Of a DNA stretch of 64,000 nt, positions 9,066-18,097 are shown piece after piece (the stretch's first letter is position 1; each line of letters opens with the position of its first letter). The stretch lies in NCBI RefSeq assembly GCF_011045215.1, contig NZ_CP049201.1; one strand, given 5' to 3'. The notes below the pieces were generated by a model, which made no database searches, was not told the DNA's origin, and worked only from the letters and a program-made list of their open reading frames with translations. A program made the translations under genes and the position numbers. Source of the stretch: Escherichia coli. GTDB taxonomy: Bacteria; Pseudomonadota; Gammaproteobacteria; Enterobacterales; Enterobacteriaceae.

Positions 9066-9903
9066 CAATACTTTTACCTTATGCTGTCGTAAAAAATGGA
9101 ATCTCATCCGGGACATTTTCCGGTGGATATAAGACAGCCCGGTGTCTGTATTGTTCCTGTCACTTACGATGAGTGCATTTGTAATCAATAAATATCGGGG
9201 GTGACGGTCATCCCGGAACAAATGACTGAAAACGGCGTCAAAGTTACAGGAAAACACCGTTTATCGACACCGGACAAAAGAGCGTTGTCGGTATCCGGCT
9301 CAAAAGCAGGAATAACAATCAGCGTCATGGCGTGGTGAATGCCGGTGCCAGGTAGTCAGCAGGTAATTATTGATGGCAAGACCAAAAGGTGCGTTAAACA
9401 AACGAACCCTGTCAGTGGTGAATATGGTACAGCCCGGTGAGGTAAAATATTTTTCACTTGAACAATTTTTAAAGAACCGGAAACGAACCAAAATGGGGCG
9501 TCGTTCCCGGAAGAACTCATCTCAGACAGAGGGCCAGGAACAAAAACAGTGTGACGGAGTAAAGGACCGGGAGCTTACCGGTAATTCAGCACCGGCAGAA
9601 CAATCTTTATGCCACGTATACTCCGGATGTTCACTTATCAGCGGTCATGGCTGAATACATAGTTGTGCTGGTGATATTGATGATGTTCTGTCATGGGGAT
9701 GGCTGGTGTGTTTTGATAATCCGTAACTTGTATGCCCGCACAGAGCTGTTTCATCTGGTGGATATGACAGTGATGAAATCATGTTGTACCGCTGTTAAAA
9801 ACAGTCGTTCAGTCCTTTATGTTACCCGTTTTGGTAACAATCAGTTGGTCATGGACGTGTGAACCATCTGTGCTTCCATTGAATTTTATGGACTGATAAA
9901 GTT

Positions 9904-10563
9904 TTGTCAGATGAATTTTTATACGGAATTCTTTTCAGTATGCATACACGAATTGATTATCTGGTGAATAAATACAGTTTTACAGAACTGAATGAATCTC
10001 CACGTCTTCGTCGGCAGTGGCAGGATGTTCTGGAGGAGTGCCGGCAGACAGAGGCCGGGCCAGAAGAACGGCTGCGTATTGCACTGCTGAATGTGGATTA
10101 CGTCACCAGTTTTGAGCTGCCTTTTCGCTTGCTGCTTACCCGGACACCACAACTGATTGCCGCGCTGCGTGAAGAATGGGGCATCAGCCAGAAAAATGTG
10201 GTGTTCAACGATAAACGGTTTGGCTGCGTGTACAGCCTGAAGGCCAGCCTTTCGGGTGTGCCGGATACATTCCGGTATCATCTGTCTCACCGTATTCGTC
10301 GCGTGGTTGGGAATGAAAACACATCATTGCCATATCAGCAGGTTGCCCGGGAAGTGAAAGCGTCCCGTGAACGGCTGAAGTATGCGCTGGAAGCAGGTTT
10401 ACTGGTGACCGCACTGGACGGGCTGTTCTGGTCTGGCAGTCAGCGTATTGCGGCTGATGTCCTGAGATTAAGACAGAGCGGAATGCCGGTAGTGACAACG
10501 AATGTGGAGGTGCACGATAACCTGACGGGAACAACCCGCAAAGTGCCGGCATACCATCTCTGA
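9904..10563 (+). CDS. Hypothetical protein (219 aa)
   Basis: Long ORF with host-like codon usage; no recognisable motif. Confidence 0.45.
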   Translation: MSDEFLYGILFSMHTRIDYLVNKYSFTELNESPRLRRQWQDVLEECRQTEAGPEERLRIALLNVDYVTSFELPFRLLLTRTPQLIAALREEWGISQKNVVFNDKRFGCVYSLKASLSGVPDTFRYHLSHRIRRVVGNENTSLPYQQVAREVKASRERLKYALEAGLLVTALDGLFWSGSQRIAADVLRLRQSGMPVVTTNVEVHDNLTGTTRKVPAYHL

Positions 10564-10649
10564 TACGACCATCAGGGGGGGCTCTGGCAGCAGTATGACA
10601 TTCTTTATACTTTTACCCGTGCCTGAAAACATGTGCTAAGGAAACGGGA

Positions 10650-10883
10650 ATGGCAAGGTCCGATTACGATATTATCAATCTGTCTCTGGAACATGAACTG
10701 AATGAGTGGCTGGCAGAGAGAGGTTATGCCGGACTGGCGGATAACCGGAACCGCCTGGCAGAGGTGGTGACCCGCAAATTGCAGGACAGCTTTTATATAA
10801 ACGTTTCCTGGGATGCGCTGAACACAGCATACAGTGAACACCCTGAGTGGTTTTCAGGGCTTGTCTCCGGGGATGAGAATTAA
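10650..10883 (+). CDS. Hypothetical small protein (77 aa)
   Basis: ORF only; no recognisable motif. Confidence 0.35.
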   Translation: MARSDYDIINLSLEHELNEWLAERGYAGLADNRNRLAEVVTRKLQDSFYINVSWDALNTAYSEHPEWFSGLVSGDEN

Positions 10884-10935
10884 TAAGTGGATTATGCTGC
10901 CATCAGGCAGTGTGATTGCCGGCAGGGATTTCGTT

Positions 10936-11127
10936 TTATTCTGTTTCTTCCCGGGGTTCGGGTTTGAATTTTCCCAGGAAGTTGTACATCGGTCGCATGC
11001 AGGGATGCGGATAGCCGTCCCGCATAAACACCACCCGGGTTTCCTCAACACTGGTCACGGTGACAAGCGCACCATGATCGTCTCTGTATCGCTGATTGAT
11101 TTTCGGTAATGGAATATCTTCTGACAT
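10936..11127 (-). CDS. Hypothetical small protein (63 aa)
   Basis: ORF only, convergent with the upstream genes; no recognisable motif. Confidence 0.3.
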   Translation of the reverse strand: MSEDIPLPKINQRYRDDHGALVTVTSVEETRVVFMRDGYPHPCMRPMYNFLGKFKPEPREETE

Positions 11128-11480
11128 AGATTTCAGAACGGTAACAGTTAACTAAAATTTCACGTGGTATCGCTGAATCAGGAGACGGCGTTTCCTGATT
11201 CACACTGTCAATTTACTGTTTTACGAAACATTTTCTCCTCCCTTCTTCCTGTGTGTTTTATTGCGCACTTCCTTTATGCCATTTCCATTTCCCGAAACTC
11301 GCTTAAGTGTTGCTAAAACATTGCTCATCGCAATTTTCAATGACCGAAATCAAATATCACTATTTTTTATGCTAACCAACTGTATTAAAAGCATTCGGCG
11401 GAATAATTTTCTGCGGTTTTCTATTAATCATGGTTATAAGTTTTGCATTATGCTGGTTTTACGACACGGGACAGAATAAA

Positions 11481-11552
11481 GATCTGTATATTTGCTATAT
11501 ATCGATCGATACATCTGTCATATTGAGATTTTACAGATCTTTACTCTATAAT
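11481..11552 (+). promoter_or_regulatory. Putative T6SS operon promoter region with clustered GATC sites
   Basis: AT-rich 480-bp gap before tssB; TTGAGA (11523..11528) and TATAAT (11547..11552) with 18-bp spacing; GATC at 11481, 11504 and 11536 within 60 bp. Confidence 0.35.
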
Positions 11553-11632
11553 GAGCAAAATTAAATCAGTGCACAAGGGGAGGCATCTGCGGTGATGGAC
11601 CCCCTGAGATGCAGGCTTCACAGGAGAGAGTC

Positions 11633-12130
11633 ATGAGCAGTTCGTTTCAGAATGAAATCCCGAAAGCAAGGGTAAATCTGAAATTAGACCTACATACAGG
11701 TGGTGGGCAGAAGAAAGTGGAGCTTCCGCTCAAACTGCTGGTTGCCGGTGATTTCAGTAACGGACAGGAAGAGCGTCCACTGTCAGAGCGTGTAAAAACG
11801 GATATTAATAAAAACAATTTTAATGATGTTCTGGCAGATATCTCCCCGTCTGTGCGTCTGAATGTGGAGAACACGCTTGCCGGTGATGGCTCTGAAGAGA
11901 GCATCAGCCTGACGTTCCGCAATATGAACGATTTCACGCCAGAGCAGGTCGCCCGACAGATTCCCCGTCTTAAAGCCATGCTGGCCATGCGCAGCCTTCT
12001 GCGGGACCTGAAAGCCAATCTGCTGGATAACGTGACTTTCCGTAAAGAGCTGGAAAAAATTCTGCGTGACCCGGCACTGAGCCAGACGCTGCGTGATGAA
12101 TTGCGTGCACTGGTGCCGGAAAAGGCGTGA
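11633..12130 (+). CDS. tssB: T6SS contractile sheath small subunit TssB (VipA)
   Basis: 165 aa from the ATG preceded by AGGAG (the ORF-track start at 11609 lacks an RBS); first gene of the sheath pair, directly followed by tssC. Confidence 0.88.
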   Translation: MSSSFQNEIPKARVNLKLDLHTGGGQKKVELPLKLLVAGDFSNGQEERPLSERVKTDINKNNFNDVLADISPSVRLNVENTLAGDGSEESISLTFRNMNDFTPEQVARQIPRLKAMLAMRSLLRDLKANLLDNVTFRKELEKILRDPALSQTLRDELRALVPEKA

Positions 12131-12151
12131 TTTAACGGATTACGAGAGAAA

Positions 12152-13696
12152 ATGCTGATGTCTGTACAGAAAGAAAAGAACGTCGCAGAGAGTGTGGTAT
12201 CTGAAACGCATACCGGCGACAGCGTATATGCTTCCCTGTTTGAAAAAATTAACCTGAATCCGGTATCTGCCCTGAGTGCACTGGATATTTGGCAGGATCC
12301 ACAGGCCATGTCAGAAGCGTCTGCAGATGAACGCCTGACGGCAGGGATGCAGGTGTTTATGGAGTGTCTGGCAAAAGCCGGTACGCAGGTGGAAAAACTC
12401 GATAAAGCGCTGATTGACCATCATATTGCAGAGCTTGATTATCAGATCAGCCGTCAGCTGGATGCTGTGCTTCATCATCCGGAATTTCAGAAAGTTGAAT
12501 CCCTGTGGCGGGGCGTGAAGTCTCTGGTGGATAAAACGGACTTCCGCCGTAATGTGAAAATTGAGCTGCTGGATCTGTCCAAAGACGATCTGCGTCAGGA
12601 TTTTGAGGATGCGCCGGAAATTATTCAGAGCGGTCTTTATCTGCAGACCTATGTGGCTGAGTATGACACGCCGGGTGGTGAGCCCATTGCCGCCCTGGTT
12701 TCGGCCTGGGAGTTTGATGCATCTGCACAGGACGTGGCACTGCTGAAAAATATTTCCCGGGTGGCGGCATCCGCGCATATGCCGTTTATTGGTTCAGTTG
12801 GCCCGGCGTTCTTCCAGAAAGAAACCATGGAAGAAGTGGCTGCCATCAAGGATATTGGCAACCACTTTGAACGTGCCGAGTACATCAAGTGGAATACTTT
12901 CCGTGAGACGGACGATGCCCGCTATATTGGTCTGGTGATGCCCCGTGTACTGGGACGCCTGCCGTATGGCCCGGATACCGTACCTGTCCGCAGCTTTAAC
13001 TATGTTGAAGAGGTGAAAGGACCGGATCACCATAAATATCTCTGGACGAACGCGTCTTTTGCCTTTGCCGCCAACATGGTGCGTAGTTTTGTCACCAATG
13101 GCTGGTGTGTTCAGATCCGCGGGCCTCAGGCCGGTGGTGCGGTGCAGGATTTGCCAATCCATCTGTATGATCTGGGAACCGGTAATCAGGTCAAAATACC
13201 GTCAGAGGTGATGATCCCGGAAACGCGGGAGTTTGAATTCGCTAATCTGGGCTTTATTTCTCTCTCTTACTACAAGAACCGGGATTATGCCTGCTTCTTC
13301 TCCGCCAACTCCGCCCAGAAACCGGCGCTGTACGATACGCCGGATGCGACAGCGAACAGCCGTATTAATGCCCGTCTTCCCTATATCTTCCTGCTGTCCC
13401 GCATTGCGCATTACCTGAAGATCATTCAGCGGGAAAATATCGGTACCACCAAAGATCGCCGTCTGCTTGAGCTGGAGCTGAATAACTGGATCCGGGGACT
13501 GGTGACGGAGATGACCGATCCGGGCGATGAGCTGCAGGCCTCGCATCCGCTGCGTGACGGAAAAGTGGTGGTGGAAGATATCGAAGACAATCCGGGATTC
13601 TTCCGCGTGAAACTCTACGCCGTACCGCATTTCCAGGTGGAAGGTATGGATGTCAGCCTGTCACTGGTTTCGCAGATGCCGAAGGCAAAAGCGTAA
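12152..13696 (+). CDS. tssC: T6SS contractile sheath large subunit TssC (VipB)
   Basis: 514 aa, size and position after tssB; conserved core such as FIGSVGPAFF, PRVLGRLPYG. Confidence 0.9.
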   Translation: MLMSVQKEKNVAESVVSETHTGDSVYASLFEKINLNPVSALSALDIWQDPQAMSEASADERLTAGMQVFMECLAKAGTQVEKLDKALIDHHIAELDYQISRQLDAVLHHPEFQKVESLWRGVKSLVDKTDFRRNVKIELLDLSKDDLRQDFEDAPEIIQSGLYLQTYVAEYDTPGGEPIAALVSAWEFDASAQDVALLKNISRVAASAHMPFIGSVGPAFFQKETMEEVAAIKDIGNHFERAEYIKWNTFRETDDARYIGLVMPRVLGRLPYGPDTVPVRSFNYVEEVKGPDHHKYLWTNASFAFAANMVRSFVTNGWCVQIRGPQAGGAVQDLPIHLYDLGTGNQVKIPSEVMIPETREFEFANLGFISLSYYKNRDYACFFSANSAQKPALYDTPDATANSRINARLPYIFLLSRIAHYLKIIQRENIGTTKDRRLLELELNNWIRGLVTEMTDPGDELQASHPLRDGKVVVEDIEDNPGFFRVKLYAVPHFQVEGMDVSLSLVSQMPKAKA

Positions 13697-13711
13697 GGCA
13701 GGCGTCGGGAA

Positions 13712-15049
13712 ATGAAGATTTATCGTCCACTGTGGGAAGACGGGGCTTTTCTGATGCCCCAGCAGTTTCAGCAGCAGGCTGCCTGGGATGTTCATCTGGC
13801 AGACAGCGTTGCCAGAATGGGGCTGGCGCATCCATGGGGCGTGGTGGCTGCAGAGTTTGATGACTCTCTGTTACCTCTTTCACGGTTGAATGCCACCCGT
13901 CTGATTGTTCGTTTCCCGGACGGAACGCTTATTGATACGGAACGCGCGGATAATCTGCCTCCGGTCTGTGATTTATCGACGGTTTCTGATCGTTCCCTGG
14001 TGGATATTGTGCTGGCACTACCGTTACTGAATGCTAACGGTGGCAACCTTGATAATGGCAGTGAGAGCGAGCGTCCGCGTCGCTGGAAATCAGAAAGGGT
14101 GAATGTGCAGGAGCTGGCCGGGCATGAGCAAAGCGAAGTGGCGGTATTGCGGCATAACCTGACTCTGCGCATGGCTCATCAGGAAAATGCTGCCTGGCTG
14201 ACCTGTCCCGTTACCCGTCTTGTTCGTGATGCACAGGGACAGTGGTGCAGGGACCCGCGTTTTATTCCCCCTCTGCTGACGCTGTCTGCCAGTCCTTCGC
14301 TGATGACTGAACTTGCGGAGTTGCTTCATCACCTGCAGGCGCGTCGCCAGCGACTGATGTCCATGCGTCGGGAGAACAATGCCCGTCTTGCGGATTTTGC
14401 AGTGGCGGACGTGTCGTTGTTCTGGTTGCTGAATGCCCTGAACAGTGCGGAGCCTGTTCTGAAAGAGTTGCTTGACATGCCTTACCGCCACCCGGAACTG
14501 TTGTACAGGGAGCTTGCCCGACTGGCAGGCTCCCTGCTCACATTCTCGCTTGAGCATAATGTGGATGCGGTTCCGGCATACCATCATGAAACACCTGAAA
14601 ATGTTTTCCCACCTTTGCTTTCTTTGCTGAACCAGCTGCTGGAGGCAAGCCTGCCTTCCCGTGTGGTCTTCATTGAACTGAAACAAAATGGTGTGATGTG
14701 GGAGGGGGCATTACATGATGCGCGTCTGCGCGAAGGGGCTGATTTCTGGCTTTCAGTGCGCTCTTCCATGCCCGGGCATGAACTGCAGACGAAGTTTCCG
14801 CAGCTATGCAAAGCCGGAAGCCCCGATGATGTGTCTGAGGTGGTGAATGTGGCGCTGAGCGGGGTCATTATCCGTCCGGTTACGCATGTACCGGCGGCCA
14901 TTCCACTCCGGCTGGAAAACCAGTATTTCGCGCTGGATTTAAGTACGGATGCGGCCCGGGCGATGCTGGACGCGGGGCGTTGTACTTTCTACACCCCGGC
15001 ATCGCTGGGGGATGTGAAACTGGAACTTTTTGCGGTGCTGCGGACATGA
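13712..15049 (+). CDS. tssK: T6SS baseplate protein TssK
   Basis: 445 aa; N-terminal MKIYRPLWEDGAFLMPQQFQQQ typical of TssK; position between tssC and tssL. Confidence 0.85.
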   Translation: MKIYRPLWEDGAFLMPQQFQQQAAWDVHLADSVARMGLAHPWGVVAAEFDDSLLPLSRLNATRLIVRFPDGTLIDTERADNLPPVCDLSTVSDRSLVDIVLALPLLNANGGNLDNGSESERPRRWKSERVNVQELAGHEQSEVAVLRHNLTLRMAHQENAAWLTCPVTRLVRDAQGQWCRDPRFIPPLLTLSASPSLMTELAELLHHLQARRQRLMSMRRENNARLADFAVADVSLFWLLNALNSAEPVLKELLDMPYRHPELLYRELARLAGSLLTFSLEHNVDAVPAYHHETPENVFPPLLSLLNQLLEASLPSRVVFIELKQNGVMWEGALHDARLREGADFWLSVRSSMPGHELQTKFPQLCKAGSPDDVSEVVNVALSGVIIRPVTHVPAAIPLRLENQYFALDLSTDAARAMLDAGRCTFYTPASLGDVKLELFAVLRT

Positions 15050-15699
15050 ATAAACCTGTTATCTCCCGGGCTGAACAGATTTTTTATCCCGGCTGGCTGA
15101 TGGTCAGCCAGCTGCGCAGCGGGCAACCGGTTGAGGATGGTAAGGCCCTGTATCGCCGTGCCTGTCAGCTGGTGAAACAGGCGCGTGAAGAGCTGGCCGA
15201 AGCAGGATTCAGTCAGGAAAACAGTGACACCATGTTGTATGCCTTCTGTGCCCTGCTGGACGAGAGTGTGCTGAACCGCGAAAAAACAGATGATGGCTGG
15301 CACACCTGGCAGCAGGACCCGCTGCAGGCTCATTTTTTTGGTACGCTCAATGCCGGTGAAGAGCTCTGGGAGCGTATTCGTGAGCAACTGAAATTACCAG
15401 CGCCGGATGTGGCGGTACTGACATGCCTCTGCCGTACGCTTCAGCTCGGTTTTACCGGTCAGTACCGGTCGCAGGATGATGAGCGTCGCGAAGATGTAAT
15501 ACGCGCACTGACAGCGCGTGTTCCTGCATTTACTTTCGCACAGGATGCGCCGGTGGTGGTGCGTGCACCGGGTTACCGTGCTGGCAGAACGATGTACTGG
15601 TTGTCATGGGTGGCGGGTATTGTGACGCTGGCTGGTCTCTGGTGTGTGCTTTCTTCTGTGCTTGCAGACCAGGTGGCACGGCTTACCGGACAGGGATAA
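15046..15699 (+). CDS. tssL: T6SS membrane-complex protein TssL (DotU-like)
   Basis: ATG overlaps the tssK stop (ATGA); about 217 aa with a single C-terminal TM helix, as in DotU/TssL. Confidence 0.8.
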   Translation: MNKPVISRAEQIFYPGWLMVSQLRSGQPVEDGKALYRRACQLVKQAREELAEAGFSQENSDTMLYAFCALLDESVLNREKTDDGWHTWQQDPLQAHFFGTLNAGEELWERIREQLKLPAPDVAVLTCLCRTLQLGFTGQYRSQDDERREDVIRALTARVPAFTFAQDAPVVVRAPGYRAGRTMYWLSWVAGIVTLAGLWCVLSSVLADQVARLTGQG

Positions 15700-15701
15700 C
15701 C

Positions 15702-17432
15702 ATGCACGTACGTTCCCGTCTCTGGCTGACAATACTGAGTCTGTTCCTGACACTGTGGCTGATTTCGGGATTCCTGCCGCTGTCTGTAGTAAACCAGATA
15801 ATACTGACCCTGGTTTCAGTTGTGGCGGCGGGGCTTGTGCTGTGGTACCAGTGGCGTTGTCTGTCTTCCCGTCGTGATATCCCGGAGAAGGCCGGCGATG
15901 ACGGTCTGCCGCCTGAGTATTTTCAGGGACATGTGCTGCTTGTTGCCGGAAACTCAGATGCGTGGTTCGAATCCGGTCAGGCATACCGGGAAACAGCATC
16001 GGGATGGTATCTTCGTGTGGATACGCCGGAGCAGATGAGAATACTGGCAGAACGGTTGTCGTATAACCGTCCGGCCCTGTGTGGCCAGGTCGTGGTCATG
16101 CTGGGACTTTTACCGGAGCAGCATACCTCAGATGAAGCTTTTCTGCCGTGGTTGCGGAACTGGCAGCGTGCAGTCATGCAGTGCCGGCAGTGGCTGAATA
16201 CCACGCCACCGGTGCTGGTGACATTGATGGTTTCAGAGCCGTCACCACAAAACACATCCTTAAATAAGCACTCTGCACACTGGTTTACACTGACACCGGA
16301 CCTGCCGGGAATGCATATACGCCTGACAGAAGCCGGAGCCATTCCGGCAGAGGAATGGCTGCTGGCGTGTGATGCAGCGTCCAGGCTCCGGTGCGTCAGT
16401 GAACTGTTATGGCTGAATGCCATGTTGTCCTGGTACAACAGGGTTACTGATGCCCTGACAGATATTTGCCGGCAGGAGCACTTTTATTTCCGGCCGGTTG
16501 CCGTTGGATTCTGTCTGACGTCGGTTGCGGCCCACCCCGGTAATCTCTGGCAACAACAACTGACGTCCCTCACTGCACTGCCACCGTCTGCCGGCGTGTC
16601 ATCACAGGCACTGCCGTTGCCGGATATTCTGCTGTCCGGTATCCCCCGTCATCGTGGACTCAGTCACTGGCACAGACTTTGTCGCCAGACAGGGGCGATT
16701 GTCGGTGTTTTTCTTCTGCTGGCTATACTGGCGTCTTTTATGAATAACCAGCGACTGGTTCGCAGTGTGGGGGAGCACCTGACGGCCTGGCACCGGATGA
16801 GCGGATATTCATCTGAATCGAAAACAACAGCACTGCAACGTCTTCAGGCTGACAACCAGTTACTGAACGACTGGCAGCAACGTGGTGTGCCACAGCGTTA
16901 CGGACTGGGATTGTATCAGGGAATGTGGCTGATATCGCCGGTTGAGCGAGCGATTAGTGAGCGGGTTGCACCACTGCCTCCCCGTCCGGTGATACAGAAA
17001 GTTACTCAGACGCCGAAAACGGTTCGCCTTAACAGCCTGGCGCTGTTTGATGCCGGTAAATGGACGCTGAAGCCGGGCGCCACAAAATGGCTGGTGAATG
17101 CCCTGGTGGATATTAAGGCAAAAGCAGGCTGGTTGATTGTGGTCAGTGGCCACACGGACAATACCGGTGACCCGCAGCGCAACCAGGCTCTGTCCCTGAA
17201 GCGTGCAGAGGCCGTTCGCGACTGGATGCGGGATACCGGCGATATTCCTCAAAGTTGTTTTGCCGTACAGGGATACGGTGAAAGCCGCCCTGTGGCCCCG
17301 AATGACACGGCGGAAGGCCGTGCGCGTAACCGCCGTGTTGAAATCAGTCTGGTACCGCAGGCCGATGCCTGTCGTCTGCCGGACGCTTCCCCTGCGCCGG
17401 AAGAGGGCGCATCAGAAAACATAACGGAGTAA
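15702..17432 (+). CDS. tagL: TagL-like inner-membrane protein with C-terminal OmpA-family peptidoglycan-binding domain
   Basis: N-terminal TM helices, C-terminal segment VVSGHTDNTGDPQRNQALSLKRAEAVRDWM...NRRVEI is an OmpA/MotB-type PG-binding signature; start at the ATG giving MHVRSRLWL. Confidence 0.75.
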   Translation: MHVRSRLWLTILSLFLTLWLISGFLPLSVVNQIILTLVSVVAAGLVLWYQWRCLSSRRDIPEKAGDDGLPPEYFQGHVLLVAGNSDAWFESGQAYRETASGWYLRVDTPEQMRILAERLSYNRPALCGQVVVMLGLLPEQHTSDEAFLPWLRNWQRAVMQCRQWLNTTPPVLVTLMVSEPSPQNTSLNKHSAHWFTLTPDLPGMHIRLTEAGAIPAEEWLLACDAASRLRCVSELLWLNAMLSWYNRVTDALTDICRQEHFYFRPVAVGFCLTSVAAHPGNLWQQQLTSLTALPPSAGVSSQALPLPDILLSGIPRHRGLSHWHRLCRQTGAIVGVFLLLAILASFMNNQRLVRSVGEHLTAWHRMSGYSSESKTTALQRLQADNQLLNDWQQRGVPQRYGLGLYQGMWLISPVERAISERVAPLPPRPVIQKVTQTPKTVRLNSLALFDAGKWTLKPGATKWLVNALVDIKAKAGWLIVVSGHTDNTGDPQRNQALSLKRAEAVRDWMRDTGDIPQSCFAVQGYGESRPVAPNDTAEGRARNRRVEISLVPQADACRLPDASPAPEEGASENITE

Positions 17433-17437
17433 TTTTT

Positions 17438-17929
17438 ATGGCAATTCCAGTTTATCTGTGGCTGAAAGATGATGGCGGTGCAGATATCAAAGGGTCCGTG
17501 GATGTTCAGGACCGTGAGGGCAGCATTGAGGTGGTGGCTCAGGAGCACTGCCTCTACATCCCGACGGATAACAACACCGGTAAGCTGACCGGTACCCGTA
17601 TTCACACACCGTTCCTGTTTACCAAGGAAATTGATTCTTCCAGCCCGTACCTTTACAAGGCCGTGACCACCGGGCAGACCCTGAAGTCTGCTGAATTTAA
17701 GTGGTACAAAATCAATGACGCCGGTCAGGAGGTGGAGTACTTCAATACGAAGCTTGAGAACGTGAAGGTGGTGAAGGTTAATCCGGTCATGCACGACATC
17801 AAGAATCCCACCTACGAGAAGCATAACCACCTTGAACAGGTGGAACTGCGCTACGAGAAAATCACCTGGACCTACAAGGACGGCAACATCATTCATTCCG
17901 ACGCATGGAGTGAACGTACCACCGCGTAA
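17438..17929 (+). CDS. hcp: T6SS tube protein Hcp (TssD)
   Basis: 163 aa; MAIPVYLWLKDDGGADIKGSVDV start is the classic Hcp N-terminus; GGAG RBS. Confidence 0.9.
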   Translation: MAIPVYLWLKDDGGADIKGSVDVQDREGSIEVVAQEHCLYIPTDNNTGKLTGTRIHTPFLFTKEIDSSSPYLYKAVTTGQTLKSAEFKWYKINDAGQEVEYFNTKLENVKVVKVNPVMHDIKNPTYEKHNHLEQVELRYEKITWTYKDGNIIHSDAWSERTTA

Positions 17930-17936
17930 TTCTCCC

Positions 17937-17975
17937 GGACGGGCAGGGCATCCTGTCCGTCATTTTTATTTTTTC
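17937..17975 (+). terminator. Intrinsic terminator-like hairpin plus T-run after hcp
   Basis: GGACGGGCAGG-GCAT-CCTGTCCGTC stem followed by ATTTTTATTTTTT. Confidence 0.55.
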
Positions 17976-18097
17976 TTCAGCATCTGTTGGCGGGTGCTGA
18001 AGAAAAAATTCTCAATCCTGAACACAGACCTGATGCGCCTGGGTTACGGCGAAGGGCGGTAGCGTGCCTGACGGTCTCCTGACAGTGAGTGAATAAC

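Noticed and set aside
11647-12309. 220-aa minus-strand ORF
   Set aside because: Antisense to tssB and the start of tssC; Ser/Arg-rich translation characteristic of the reverse strand of a GC-rich gene.
14980-15045. Longer tssL start (ORF-track start at 14980)
   Set aside because: The extension overlaps the tssK 3-prime end in another frame; the ATG at 15046 overlapping the tssK stop gives the typical coupled start and expected TssL length.
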